From an uncultured Porphyromonadaceae bacterium (GTDB taxonomy: Bacteria; Bacteroidota; Bacteroidia; Bacteroidales; Muribaculaceae): a stretch of 64,000 nt of DNA. Shown one piece after another: positions 20,919 through 31,125 of this stretch. A program made the position numbers and the translations under genes. Below the pieces are notes generated by a model. It had not been told where the DNA came from. It was given only the letters and a program-made list of their open reading frames with translations, and did no database searches. Location of the stretch: positions 14,871 through 78,870 of the forward strand of contig CABROH010000002.1 of the NCBI GenBank assembly GCA_902472485.1, written 5' to 3'. Numbering within the stretch: the stretch's first letter is position 1; every line of letters starts with the position of its first letter.

Positions 20919-21617
20919 ATGCGCTATCTCATCATCGGACTCGGCATCTACGGTTCAAATCTCGCCATCGACCTCACCAACATGGGACACGAAGTGATCG
21001 GAGCCGACAAAGACCCTTCGCTCGTCGAATCAATCAAAGACTTCATATCCACGGCATATATCATTGACTCCACCGATGAAGTGTCGCTCGGCGTATTGCC
21101 GCTGAGAAACGTCGATCTTGTCATCGTAGCCATAGGGGAAAATTTCGGTGCCAGCATACGCACGGTAGCCATTCTCAAAAAGCTCGGTGTTCCACACATC
21201 TATGCACGCGCCATAGACCACTTGCATGAATCGATACTGCAAAGCTTCAACATCGACCGCATCATCACGCCCGAACAGCGTGCGGCCGCCGACCTCGTCA
21301 ATGAAATGGCACTCGGAAACGACACCGAAGCTTTGCATGTCGATGAAAATCACATGGTGGTGAAATTCCATGTGCCACGGCTTTTTGTCGGTCTTCGCTA
21401 TTCAAGCCTTGACCTCGACAGTGAATTCGCACTCACCCTCATAGCCGTATCGCGCAAACAACCCTCCCGCAACATTCTCGGTATCGAGCATCAACGCTAC
21501 AATGTGATTACCGATATCCTGACCCCGGACCAACGAGTGCAGGACGACGACATGATCACTTGTTTCGGTGAAATTGAATCGTTCCGTCGACTGTTCAAGC
21601 ATTACAACAAAGCCTGA
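20919..21617 (+). CDS. TrkA/KtrA family RCK regulatory subunit
   Basis: IIGLGIYG Rossmann motif, VIVAIGE, ARA; follows TrkH. Confidence 0.93.
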   Translation: MRYLIIGLGIYGSNLAIDLTNMGHEVIGADKDPSLVESIKDFISTAYIIDSTDEVSLGVLPLRNVDLVIVAIGENFGASIRTVAILKKLGVPHIYARAIDHLHESILQSFNIDRIITPEQRAAADLVNEMALGNDTEALHVDENHMVVKFHVPRLFVGLRYSSLDLDSEFALTLIAVSRKQPSRNILGIEHQRYNVITDILTPDQRVQDDDMITCFGEIESFRRLFKHYNKA

Positions 21618-21656
21618 TTTTCATTTATTCAGAGCCGGATTGCCGACGAAATTTCG

Positions 21657-21664
21657 TATTTTTG
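21657..21664 (+). promoter_or_regulatory. -7 box TATTTTTG for the uvrD cluster
   Basis: TAnnTTTG consensus about 40 nt before GTG 21703. Confidence 0.55.
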
Positions 21665-21702
21665 CAATAGAAAGCCAAACCGGCTCACCGTAATCAAAGC
21701 CC

Positions 21703-24027
21703 GTGGAAGAATATCTTCAGAAACTCAACACACAACAACGCGACGCCGTTGTCTACACCGACGGCCCTGAACTCGTCATCGCCGGTGCCGGTTCGGGAAA
21801 GACCCGCGTGCTCACTTACAAGATTGTGCATCTGCTTGAACTTGGCTATGAACCATGGCGCATCCTTGCCCTCACTTTCACCAACAAAGCAGCCCGTGAA
21901 ATGCGTGAACGCATAGAGCAACTTGTCGGAACAAAAATCGCGTCGCGACTGTGGATGGGCACATTCCACTCCATATTCTGCCGCATTTTACGACAGAACG
22001 CCGATCGCGTAGGCTACCGTTCAAACTTCACGATCTACGATGCCGCCGACAGCAAGTCGCTCGTAAAATCCATCATAAAGGACCTCGGATACGATGATAA
22101 GATCTATAAGCCCAATACCGTGCTCGGAGCTATTTCATCAGCTAAAAACGCACTGGTTTCACCGGAAAAATATGCGACATTGAAAGATGTGATGGAAGCT
22201 GACCGACAGGCCCGTCGGCCCGAAACATATCTGATATACCGCATCTACCGTGACCGCTGCGTCAGTTCCGGAGCGATGGACTTCGACGATCTGCTTTACT
22301 ATACCAACGTGCTCATGCGCGACAATCCCGACATCCTGCATCATTATCAGGAATTCTTCCGCTATGTGCTTGTCGACGAATATCAGGATACGAATTTCGC
22401 CCAGCATGTCATAGTGTCGCAATTGTGCAATGCCGACGAACGCCTTTGCGTTGTAGGCGACGATGCGCAGAGCATCTATTCTTTCCGTGGCGCCAACATC
22501 AGCAACATTCTCAATCTCCAGCGCGGCTATCCTTCATTGCGCATTTTCAAACTCGAACAGAACTATCGCTCGACACAAAACATCATCAACGCCGCCAACT
22601 CGCTCATCGAAAAAAACACCCAGCAGATTCGCAAAAAAGTATTTTCAAACAACGATATCGGTTCGCGCATAGAAGTTGTGCAAAGCTACAGCGACTTCGA
22701 GGAAGGGTATCTTGTCGCCAATCGTATATCGCAATTAAAGATGCGCACATCCGATTCTTTCGAGGATTTTGCCATACTCTATCGCACCAATGCGCAAAGC
22801 CGTGTACTTGAGGAATCACTCCGAAAACGCAATATACCATACCGTATCTACGGCGGTCTCTCGTTTTATCAGCGCAAAGAAGTGAAAGATGCCATAGCTT
22901 ATTTCCGCATGGCGGTCAATCCTGACGACGACGAAGCTCTTCGCCGCATCATCAATTTTCCATCGAGAGGTATCGGCGACACGACCCTTAACAAGCTTGT
23001 TCGCGCTGCAATCGACGCCAAGGTGAGCATCTGGACCGTAATAAACGATCCGGAAGCCTTCAACACCGGATTCAACTCAGGCACACGGCGGAAAATTGAA
23101 GATTTCAGATCGTTGATCCAATCGTTTGTCAATGCTAATTCCGCCGGTGAAAACGCGGATACTCTGGCTCGGATGATTATCGAGCGTACGCATCTTCTTT
23201 CCATGCTCATCAATGACAAGACACCGGAAAATCTGTCAAAACAGGAAAACCTCAACGAACTGCTGGCCGGTGTCAGGGAATTTATCGACAATCACACCGA
23301 GGAAGGCAACATGGCCATCAGCCTCAATGACTTTTTGAGCGACATATCTTTGTCCACCGATCAGGATTTAGACGATACCGACGGACAAGCCATGGAACGT
23401 GTGACTCTGATGACCGTCCATGCTGCCAAAGGACTGGAATTCAACAATGTGTTTATCGTAGGCGTGGAAGAGGATCTGTTTCCATCGGCCATGTCAAACA
23501 ATTCGCTCAGCGAGATTGAAGAGGAACGCCGACTGTTGTATGTCGCAATCACACGCGCCAGAAATTTCTGTATGATGAGCTATGCCTCAAGCCGCTATCG
23601 CAATGGAATGACATGCACCACGTCTCCATCGAGATTCCTGCGTGATATTGACACACGCTATCTCAAACTGTCTACCGGCACATCGATTGCACCCGTGAAA
23701 CGTCCGTTTGAGTCCTACGCCGAATCATATCACAATTCACCATCTCCTTCACGGTCACGGCAAAGCTTGAGTCCGACGACTCATGTTTCCACAGTTTCAG
23801 TACCATCACAGTCATCAGCCAAAAGCAAAGCATCTGTTCCGGAAGGCTATCACACCGTTGATGAGGTGTCGGAAGGCATGTTCATCGAACACAACCGATT
23901 CGGCAAGGGTGTTATAATGTCTATCGACACATCTCATCCCGATCCTCGTATTGTAGTCAATTTCAGCAATCTCGGCAGCCGTGTGCTACTGCTCAAATTC
24001 GCCCGTTTTTCAATCATCCAATCCTGA
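21703..24027 (+). CDS. UvrD/PcrA ATP-dependent DNA helicase
   Basis: AGAGSGKT, TFTNKAAREM, VDEYQDTN, VGDDAQSIYSFRGA, LEQNYRST, TVHAAKGLEF, EERRLLYVAITRA; C-terminal Tudor-like H.RFG.G. Confidence 0.97.
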   Translation: MEEYLQKLNTQQRDAVVYTDGPELVIAGAGSGKTRVLTYKIVHLLELGYEPWRILALTFTNKAAREMRERIEQLVGTKIASRLWMGTFHSIFCRILRQNADRVGYRSNFTIYDAADSKSLVKSIIKDLGYDDKIYKPNTVLGAISSAKNALVSPEKYATLKDVMEADRQARRPETYLIYRIYRDRCVSSGAMDFDDLLYYTNVLMRDNPDILHHYQEFFRYVLVDEYQDTNFAQHVIVSQLCNADERLCVVGDDAQSIYSFRGANISNILNLQRGYPSLRIFKLEQNYRSTQNIINAANSLIEKNTQQIRKKVFSNNDIGSRIEVVQSYSDFEEGYLVANRISQLKMRTSDSFEDFAILYRTNAQSRVLEESLRKRNIPYRIYGGLSFYQRKEVKDAIAYFRMAVNPDDDEALRRIINFPSRGIGDTTLNKLVRAAIDAKVSIWTVINDPEAFNTGFNSGTRRKIEDFRSLIQSFVNANSAGENADTLARMIIERTHLLSMLINDKTPENLSKQENLNELLAGVREFIDNHTEEGNMAISLNDFLSDISLSTDQDLDDTDGQAMERVTLMTVHAAKGLEFNNVFIVGVEEDLFPSAMSNNSLSEIEEERRLLYVAITRARNFCMMSYASSRYRNGMTCTTSPSRFLRDIDTRYLKLSTGTSIAPVKRPFESYAESYHNSPSPSRSRQSLSPTTHVSTVSVPSQSSAKSKASVPEGYHTVDEVSEGMFIEHNRFGKGVIMSIDTSHPDPRIVVNFSNLGSRVLLLKFARFSIIQS

Positions 24028-24038
24028 CCTCAAATCCG

Positions 24039-25169
24039 ATGAAAGAGTCGCAATTGCCCACACCATATTACATTGTCTACGAATCACGCCTGCGTCACAA
24101 TCTGAATCTTATAGATTCGGTCCGTCACCGCGCAGGGGTCGAAATCATCATGGCTTTCAAAGCCAACTCACTGTGGCGCGCGTTTGGCCCGATCCGTGAG
24201 ATGGGCTTTCACTTCACAGCATCCTCACTCAACGAACTACAGCTTGGCAACAAACATCTGCAATGCAAAGCCCACAGCTACTGTCCGGCCTACACCGAAC
24301 AGACAATCGACAGTTTTCTTGCAGGGTCGTCACACATCACATTCAACTCGCTGAGCCAATTTAAACGATTCGCATCCCGCGCGACAGCCGCCGGAGTGAG
24401 TCCGGGACTACGTGTCAATCCGCAATGTTCGGTAATCGAGACAGACATCTACAATCCGGCTCTCCCCGGCTCACGCTTCGGCGTCACGCGCGACATGATC
24501 GACGAAAAGCTGCCCGACGGAATCGAAGGGCTTCATTTTCATGCATTATGTGAGTCATCATCAACCGATCTCGAGCGTGTGCTTGCGTCATTTGAAGAAC
24601 AATTCGGTGAATTCCTTCCACATCTCAAATGGGTCAATATGGGAGGCGGCCACCTCATGACACGCAAAGGTTATGATGTGGATCACCTTGTCAATCTGCT
24701 CAAAAATTTCCGCCAGCGACATCCCAATCTGAATGTGATTCTTGAGCCGGGGAGCGCTTTCACCTGGCAAACCGGCGATCTTGTCACTTCGGTGGTTGAT
24801 ATCGTAAAAAATCAGGGGGTGGCCACAGCAATTATAGACGCATCGTTTGCCTGCCATATGCCTGACTGCCTCGAAATGCCATACCGACCCACAATTACTG
24901 AAAGCGTTGACGACAATCCTTCACTACCCACCTACAGAATGGGCGGCAACTCATGCCTGAGCGGCGATTATTGCGGCCCATGGAGTTTCGCACAGCCGCT
25001 AAAAGCCGGACAGCGCCTGCGTTTCGAGGACATGAATCACTACACTACTGTCAAAACAAACATGTTCAACGGCATCCAACATCCCGACATCGTATGGTGT
25101 GACGCCGATGGTGAATGCAGCTATCTGCGTCGATTCACCTTTGCCGACTATGAATCGCGGATGTCATAG
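24039..25169 (+). CDS. nspC: Carboxy(nor)spermidine decarboxylase
   Basis: AFKA PLP lysine, TASSLNE, SHITFNS, GLHFHALCE, NMGGGH, CHMPDCLEMPY, YTTVKTNMFNG. Confidence 0.95.
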   Translation: MKESQLPTPYYIVYESRLRHNLNLIDSVRHRAGVEIIMAFKANSLWRAFGPIREMGFHFTASSLNELQLGNKHLQCKAHSYCPAYTEQTIDSFLAGSSHITFNSLSQFKRFASRATAAGVSPGLRVNPQCSVIETDIYNPALPGSRFGVTRDMIDEKLPDGIEGLHFHALCESSSTDLERVLASFEEQFGEFLPHLKWVNMGGGHLMTRKGYDVDHLVNLLKNFRQRHPNLNVILEPGSAFTWQTGDLVTSVVDIVKNQGVATAIIDASFACHMPDCLEMPYRPTITESVDDNPSLPTYRMGGNSCLSGDYCGPWSFAQPLKAGQRLRFEDMNHYTTVKTNMFNGIQHPDIVWCDADGECSYLRRFTFADYESRMS

Positions 25170-25219
25170 AAACTGATTCCGCGTTCCACTATCCGCCACC
25201 ATTCCAAAACATAATAGCA

Positions 25220-26218
25220 ATGCCCAGATATTCAATTATAATACCGGTTTACAACCGCATTGATGAAGTGGATGATCTGCTCAGCAGCCTCACACGACAG
25301 ACAATGACCGATTTCGAAGTGATAATTGTGGAGGATGGCTCCACATTGCCGTGCAGGCAAACGGTTGAGAAATATGCCGGCAAAATCGACGTACACTATT
25401 ATTTCAAAAATAATGAAGGCCGCTCCATAGCCAGAAACTATGGCATCGAACGTTCAAAAGGAAACTATCTTATCTTTTTTGACAGCGACTGCGTCATTCC
25501 AGCCGACTATTTCGCGATACTCGACGCACATCTTTCATCCAATCCACTTGACGCATTCGGCGGTCCCGACGCAGCCCACGAATCCTTTAGCCCTACCCAG
25601 AAAGCGATCAGTTTTGCGATGACCTCGTTTCTGACAACAGGAGGCATACGCGGCGGCAAGATGCAGATGGAAAAATTTGTCCCACGCTCCTTTAACATGG
25701 GTTATTCCCGCAAAGTATATGACCGTGTCGGTGGATTCCGCGAAATGTTTTCGGAGGATATCGACATGAGCACCCGCATACGTCAGGCCGGTTTTTCAAT
25801 CGGACTAATCCGCGATGCCGCCGTATATCATAAACGCCGCATCGACTTTCGTAAATTCTGGCGTCAGGTTCACGTATTCGGTCGCTCGCGAATCACCCTA
25901 AAACTCCTTTACCCGGATTCGCTCAAACTCGTGCACATGCTCCCGGCATTAGCCGTCATCACAGGTATTGTGCTTGTGGCACTCGGAATCTTTGCTTCTC
26001 CGTGGTGGCTTTTACCCATCGGCATCTATCTTGTGGCTCTGTTCGCAGCCGCTCTAATATCGACAAAATCATTCGGCATCGCCCTGCGTGCCATACCGGC
26101 GTCGGTCGTGCAGATAGTCGGCTATGGCACCGGTTTTATCCGCGCATACTTCACAAAAATAATTCTTGGACGCGGCCGCGACATCAACGAAGAGATAGCC
26201 GCACGCAAAGGGAAATAG
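25220..26218 (+). CDS. Glycosyltransferase family 2 with C-terminal TM segments
   Basis: SIIIPVYNR, VEDGS, ARNYG, FFDSD, SEDID, VYHKRR. Confidence 0.93.
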   Translation: MPRYSIIIPVYNRIDEVDDLLSSLTRQTMTDFEVIIVEDGSTLPCRQTVEKYAGKIDVHYYFKNNEGRSIARNYGIERSKGNYLIFFDSDCVIPADYFAILDAHLSSNPLDAFGGPDAAHESFSPTQKAISFAMTSFLTTGGIRGGKMQMEKFVPRSFNMGYSRKVYDRVGGFREMFSEDIDMSTRIRQAGFSIGLIRDAAVYHKRRIDFRKFWRQVHVFGRSRITLKLLYPDSLKLVHMLPALAVITGIVLVALGIFASPWWLLPIGIYLVALFAAALISTKSFGIALRAIPASVVQIVGYGTGFIRAYFTKIILGRGRDINEEIAARKGK

Positions 26219-26220
26219 CC

Positions 26221-26952
26221 ATGAACAACGACAGACAGAGCAAACATCACTCCGCACCTATTGCCTCCGCCCGACGCATCGCAGACCTGAGCGACGATGA
26301 CAAACCGCGTGAAAAAGCACTACGCAACGGCATCCGTTCCCTATCAGACACAGAGCTCCTCGCCATCCTGCTTGGCGGCGGCATCCCTGGGAAATCCGTC
26401 ATCGAACTCAGCCGTGAACTTTACGACATCAGCAACCGTTCGTTGAGCGATCTCGCCCGCATGTCGGTGCGCGACATGTGTAAACGCATAGCCGGTATCG
26501 GCCCGGCCAAGGCCATCACTGTCGCCGCAGCTCTTGAGCTTGGTGCCCGACGGAAAGATCTGAAAGTCGAAACGCGGCCACGCATACGCTCATCGGCCGA
26601 CGCTTATGAATTGATCCGCAACGCTATTCAGGATCTCGCCACGGAAGAATTCTGGATCATCATGCTATCACGGGCCAACATGGTCATCGCGACCACATGC
26701 ATCAGCAGCGGCGGCACAGCAGCGACGGTAGTGGATCCGAAAATCATCATGAAACTCGCCATAGAACATCTTGCCTCTTCAATAATTCTCGTGCACAACC
26801 ATCCTTCCGGCAATCTGAAACCATCTGTCCAGGACGACGATCTGACCCAAAAAATCAAATCCGGAGGTCAACTACTCGACATCAACGTGCTTGACCATCT
26901 CATCATAGCGACGACCGGATATTACTCCTATGCCGACGAATCACGCATTTGA
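26221..26952 (+). CDS. radC: RadC (JAB/MPN) family protein
   Basis: KPREK, LSD.ELLAILL, GIGPAKA, HNHPSG...PS..D, VLDHLII; start at ATG 26221. Confidence 0.95.
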   Translation: MNNDRQSKHHSAPIASARRIADLSDDDKPREKALRNGIRSLSDTELLAILLGGGIPGKSVIELSRELYDISNRSLSDLARMSVRDMCKRIAGIGPAKAITVAAALELGARRKDLKVETRPRIRSSADAYELIRNAIQDLATEEFWIIMLSRANMVIATTCISSGGTAATVVDPKIIMKLAIEHLASSIILVHNHPSGNLKPSVQDDDLTQKIKSGGQLLDINVLDHLIIATTGYYSYADESRI

Positions 26953-27084
26953 CGACAGCCCAACTACCCTTCCCTATTTACTACGTGGCAGACAACACAC
27001 GCAGACGACGATGTAGCTCATGCCACGCCGCCGTCTGCACATACTATTCGATTATCCGGGTAAAATACCGGATGCGTTGCGTAA

Positions 27085-28059
27085 CTATTTGTTGAATATT
27101 TCTTTGATGGATCCGATCGAACTGAGCACTCCGGTTGCTTCATACGGGATATAGACCGTCTTGCTGTCTTTACCTTCAACCATCTCACCAAGCGTTTCAA
27201 TATATTTCATCGCAAGCATATAGGATGCCGGATTGGTATTGGATGCGGCTACAGCCTCACTCACACGACGGATTGCCTCAGCCTCGGCCTCAGCCTCAAG
27301 AATTTTTGCCCGGGCCTGACCTTCGGCACGAAGTATCTCCGATTGCTTGGCAGCCTCGGCCTGATTTATTTTTGATTGTTTTTCGCCCTCTGAACGCAGG
27401 ATGAGGGATTTTTTCTCACCTTCGGCATTAAGGATTTCGGCACGACGGTTACGCTCGGCCTGCATCTGTTTCTCCATGGCCTCACGCACACTTTCCGGAG
27501 GAGTGATATCCTGTAGTTCCACACGATTAACCTTCACACCCCACTTATTGGTAGCTTCATCAAGTATGGCCTGCAATTTGGCATTGATCGTATCACGAGA
27601 TGTCAATGTTTCGTCGAGTTCCATCTCACCGATAACATTGCGAAGCGAAGTCTGCGTAAGTTTTTCAATCGCGTTTGGCAGATTGTCGATCTCATATACT
27701 GATTTCTTCGGATCCACGATCTGAAAATAAAGCAACGCATTGATTTCGGTCGTTACATTATCCTTTGTGATCACCTGCTGCGAGGGAAAATCATATACCT
27801 GTTCGCGGAGGTCGATGACACTCGTCGTCGACACACGCACATACGATCGATTGCCTACATGCTCGATACGGCGGGTATAGACCACCTTGGGCTTGTCGAT
27901 AAACGGCCAGATTATATTGAGTCCGGCGGGCAAAACGCTGTGAAAGCGACCCAGACGTTCGATCACACGTGTCTCAGATTGTGGCACCACCTTGACGGCA
28001 TTAGAAACGATGATGATGGCCAAAAGCAACAACACACCGAGAATAATCCAAACTTCCAT
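27085..28059 (-). CDS. SPFH (stomatin/Band 7, paraslipin-like) protein
   Basis: N-terminal TM, VIERLGRF, DLREQ, VITKDNV, LRNVIG...LDETL.SR, WGVKV.RVE, AER..RA.IL.AEG. Confidence 0.95.
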   Translation of the reverse strand: MEVWIILGVLLLLAIIIVSNAVKVVPQSETRVIERLGRFHSVLPAGLNIIWPFIDKPKVVYTRRIEHVGNRSYVRVSTTSVIDLREQVYDFPSQQVITKDNVTTEINALLYFQIVDPKKSVYEIDNLPNAIEKLTQTSLRNVIGEMELDETLTSRDTINAKLQAILDEATNKWGVKVNRVELQDITPPESVREAMEKQMQAERNRRAEILNAEGEKKSLILRSEGEKQSKINQAEAAKQSEILRAEGQARAKILEAEAEAEAIRRVSEAVAASNTNPASYMLAMKYIETLGEMVEGKDSKTVYIPYEATGVLSSIGSIKEIFNK

Positions 28060-28131
28060 AATTAAGTTGTTTTTTAATTGTTTATAATAAAGTACATTTA
28101 ATAATTTTCACGGGATATCCCGCACATACTC

Positions 28132-28587
28132 TCACTTGCCGACAGGACGCACGATAAGGATAATACTGTCGTAGCCTGTCACCTCAACCAATTGATTTTC
28201 GGCAAGAGGCTGACCGTCGGCGGTACGCACTCCCCAACGGTCACCATCGATTTTCATGCGCCCGCATGAGACGTCAGAGTCCACGGATTCGACACGGCCA
28301 CGACGTCCGATAAGAGCATCCATATTGCTTGCGCCGTCGGATTGTGGAGAGAACAGACGGTTATAGCGTTGCATCAATTTCGGCACAAACAACAGAGTGC
28401 CCACCATCGCCACGGCGCATATGATAAGCTGCACCTCGATACCGCCTCCGCACAATGCGCCGACAAATCCGGCCATCGCACCCAGAGCCATGCAGAGCGC
28501 GATACCCGATGAAGTGAAAATTTCTATAATCACAAGTGCGACGGCTATTATGAGCCATATCGACCACATTGGCATTAAAAGATCCAT
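28132..28587 (-). CDS. NfeD family protein (short form)
   Basis: Three TM segments, N.DALIG..G.V...G.MKIDG..W OB-fold; directly upstream of SPFH gene; start uncertain (28587-28569). Confidence 0.9.
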   Translation of the reverse strand: MDLLMPMWSIWLIIAVALVIIEIFTSSGIALCMALGAMAGFVGALCGGGIEVQLIICAVAMVGTLLFVPKLMQRYNRLFSPQSDGASNMDALIGRRGRVESVDSDVSCGRMKIDGDRWGVRTADGQPLAENQLVEVTGYDSIILIVRPVGK

Positions 28588-28622
28588 ATCAATCTGAAAC
28601 AATCTGTTTGTAAACTTATCGG

Positions 28623-30251
28623 TTAATAATCATAAATCAGTTCATAACTCTCGATATAAAGAGTCGCCCCGCGTCCGCCGGTGAAATAATCTCCGTATTT
28701 CGATGCCGACGCAGTTACAAGAATATAAGTAGGTATGCGGTCTGTCGCAACATAATCCAGCGGGATCTCGACATCGATATAGTCGCTTATCGTCGAACCG
28801 CAAGTATATTCGCCGTAAGCGATGACACCGGCATCGTTACGATCAAACAACTTGCGATTGTTGGGATTTGTCCGGATTTCGTAAGGTGTATCCCAATCTC
28901 CGAGAGAGCACCACACGATACACGTATCGGGTTCGCCCTTCATATACTGGAAGTTGGGATTGGACCTACTGCAATCGGTGATTGGCGCGGTGATGTATTT
29001 CAGACGTGCACGAAGTTTGGTCGGTCGTTGTGTAAAGGGACGGCCGAAATCGAGGATACCGTTTGTTCCGTCGATCTTCACGAAATCGCCCGCAAAAAGA
29101 TTGCCGGCCGCCAGTTTTCCGAGAACCGACACACCCACAAATTTAGTTTCAAGCACGGCTCCGGCATATCCGGTTGAAGAGGACGGACTGGAAAGCGGTA
29201 CGGTATTACTTTGCCCTAATGTTGTCGCGCCACGATTGCCTGTCGACCAGAACGAGGTGCCGTCAGCTGCCCACGGATTCCACACTTTTCCGTCCATATG
29301 CCACTGAGTGAAATTACTGTTTGGCAATTCGACGATATCTCCGGTCGTGAAATCTATCTCCACCGAATGGTCTTCATCGCTTGTGGCGCGTGCGACATAA
29401 TCGGTCTGCGATTCAAGATGTATCAGTCGCCCCACAAAACTGCCTCCATCATGCGTGATCCATTCGTCTGGAACTACAATCCATTCATCGGAATCTGCTC
29501 GCCGGTATTCGAAACCATTGGTTTTTCCGACCTCAGCATTGGCATAAAGCCATGCGACATTGGTCCAGGCATCGATTCGTTCCAATTCGACACTCACTTC
29601 GGTTTGCATGACCGTAATGATCCATTCGGTATCGCGGCCAAACTCACTTACCGACACTTTTACCGGATCGGAAAAATCGACATGCTGCCCGACAATGTCG
29701 GGAGTCATCACACCAAGAGGACCGGACAATTTCAACGTTCGCACCAAAATATTATCGAGCGGCTGAGCCATAGGCACGGAAGCCGTGACAGTATGGTTTT
29801 CCACATCAATCCGCGACGTGCCGATCTGTGAGGCGATGGTGAAATATCGTTCGATATTCTGAGTGGCCGAAATGGTCCATTCAAACACGCGATCATATCG
29901 TTCGAGCTTGAATGCGACAGGCTCCGTCAGGTCAAGAGGATGCTCAAACACCTCCGGATCAAGGCATGTGGTGCCTTCTGAAAAAGTGATATCCTCCACC
30001 TTGACATTACGGATATCGGCCCATTCGGTCAACTCCATGGAAATGGACCGGTTCACAGAATCGATACGGACACCTCCGTCAAGCAACGCATGACCGTCGG
30101 CATCAACGTTCTCGACGATCACTGAATCGACCGATGGCATCACCCATGGATAGGGTAGATCATTAGATATACATGCGGCGAAAAAAGCCGTTGCCGCAAT
30201 GGCAAGCGTCAAGCGAATTTTTGACTTTCTATATTTATTAAATGTGTACAC
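28623..30251 (-). CDS. Surface lipoprotein with two tandem Ig-like repeats, an FN3-like segment and a C-terminal PCMD-like domain
   Basis: Lipobox FFAAC; PNSNF..W, WSTGN, AAGNLFAG, GRPFTQRPT, IPLDY, ASASKYGDYFTG..GATLYI. Confidence 0.8.
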   Translation of the reverse strand: MYTFNKYRKSKIRLTLAIAATAFFAACISNDLPYPWVMPSVDSVIVENVDADGHALLDGGVRIDSVNRSISMELTEWADIRNVKVEDITFSEGTTCLDPEVFEHPLDLTEPVAFKLERYDRVFEWTISATQNIERYFTIASQIGTSRIDVENHTVTASVPMAQPLDNILVRTLKLSGPLGVMTPDIVGQHVDFSDPVKVSVSEFGRDTEWIITVMQTEVSVELERIDAWTNVAWLYANAEVGKTNGFEYRRADSDEWIVVPDEWITHDGGSFVGRLIHLESQTDYVARATSDEDHSVEIDFTTGDIVELPNSNFTQWHMDGKVWNPWAADGTSFWSTGNRGATTLGQSNTVPLSSPSSSTGYAGAVLETKFVGVSVLGKLAAGNLFAGDFVKIDGTNGILDFGRPFTQRPTKLRARLKYITAPITDCSRSNPNFQYMKGEPDTCIVWCSLGDWDTPYEIRTNPNNRKLFDRNDAGVIAYGEYTCGSTISDYIDVEIPLDYVATDRIPTYILVTASASKYGDYFTGGRGATLYIESYELIYDY

Positions 30252-31119
30252 CGATTCCGAAATTAATATTGAACAAATTGAATCTGAAATTAGCTCCGCT
30301 GCTGAACCGTGAACCTTCCTCCACGCCGTCTGTCACTTGCTTTTCGTTGCGAAGATGCACGCCGAACACGCCGAACGACACATTGAAACTTACATTTTCG
30401 AGAATAAACATACATAGCCCCGGACTGAAATTCAGAGCCACTTCTGTAAGATCTGTGCTCGTGTCACGCAATTTGCCGTCGTAGGGACGCTTGAATCGCG
30501 ACGAACCGCTGCCGAATGACAGACAGGCCTCATTGAACACGGCGAACCGTTTTGCACGTCCCAATCCTACATAATTGCGATAAAATACGCCAATGGAATA
30601 TTTCGAGGAGTAGTAGCTTATGTCATGAATGTCAAAGCTGAGGTCATCACCCATATTCACAGCAAGATGTCCGAGATCAGCCTCCTGACGTGTATAATCG
30701 AATTTTATGCCGACAGCCTGATTGTCGCGGAAGAAATATGACACTGCCGGACGAAGGGCATATTGCTTGCCTTTGAAATCAAAATCCTCGACGGCCTGAA
30801 ACAATTCCACATCATCGGCGTCGAACTCGCCATAGGATGCCATAAGGCCGAACGACCACTGCTTGCGCGGAATGAAAAGATAATTGAACAGTCCGCGGTC
30901 GTATCGGCCAAAGTTGCGTTCGCGAAGCACCAGATTGACGGTATCATTGCCGACAATCACTTTCTCATCCATTTCCGGATGGTGGGGACGGCCCTTGACA
31001 ATACGCTTGGCTGATTGTCCGCTGCTACTGATAGCGATAGTATCGGCTTTATCCTGAGCCGAAGCGGCGGCAATAACAAATGCCGCGAGTGCTGAAAATA
31101 TTAGTCGTTTCATGCTCAT
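30238..31119 (-). CDS. Outer-membrane beta-barrel protein (paralog of 31126-31884)
   Basis: Signal peptide, amphipathic strands, C-terminal FNINFGIGVHI. Confidence 0.8.
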   Translation of the reverse strand: MSMKRLIFSALAAFVIAAASAQDKADTIAISSSGQSAKRIVKGRPHHPEMDEKVIVGNDTVNLVLRERNFGRYDRGLFNYLFIPRKQWSFGLMASYGEFDADDVELFQAVEDFDFKGKQYALRPAVSYFFRDNQAVGIKFDYTRQEADLGHLAVNMGDDLSFDIHDISYYSSKYSIGVFYRNYVGLGRAKRFAVFNEACLSFGSGSSRFKRPYDGKLRDTSTDLTEVALNFSPGLCMFILENVSFNVSFGVFGVHLRNEKQVTDGVEEGSRFSSGANFRFNLFNINFGIGVHI

Positions 31120-31125
31120 GATCCT

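Noticed and set aside
20333..21067. 244-aa alternative-frame ORF over trkH/trkA
   Set aside because: Arg/His/Ser-rich off-frame composition; both real genes are intact
26002..26220. ORF-track N-terminal extensions (radC 26002, argH 398, dxr 54893, dxs 4449, DPP III 50888, parE 58412)
   Set aside because: They overlap upstream genes or promoter boxes; downstream starts fit family N-termini
26221..26952. radC as a marker of a mobile element
   Set aside because: Full-length chromosomal type with HhH region; no integrase, transposase or att-like repeats nearby
26984..27038. Interleaved 7-bp complementarities (CGTGGCA/TGCCACG and GCAGACG/CGTCTGC) suggesting a pseudoknot between convergent radC and SPFH
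   Set aside because: Stems this short are near chance level in ~130 nt; more simply a terminator-like hairpin
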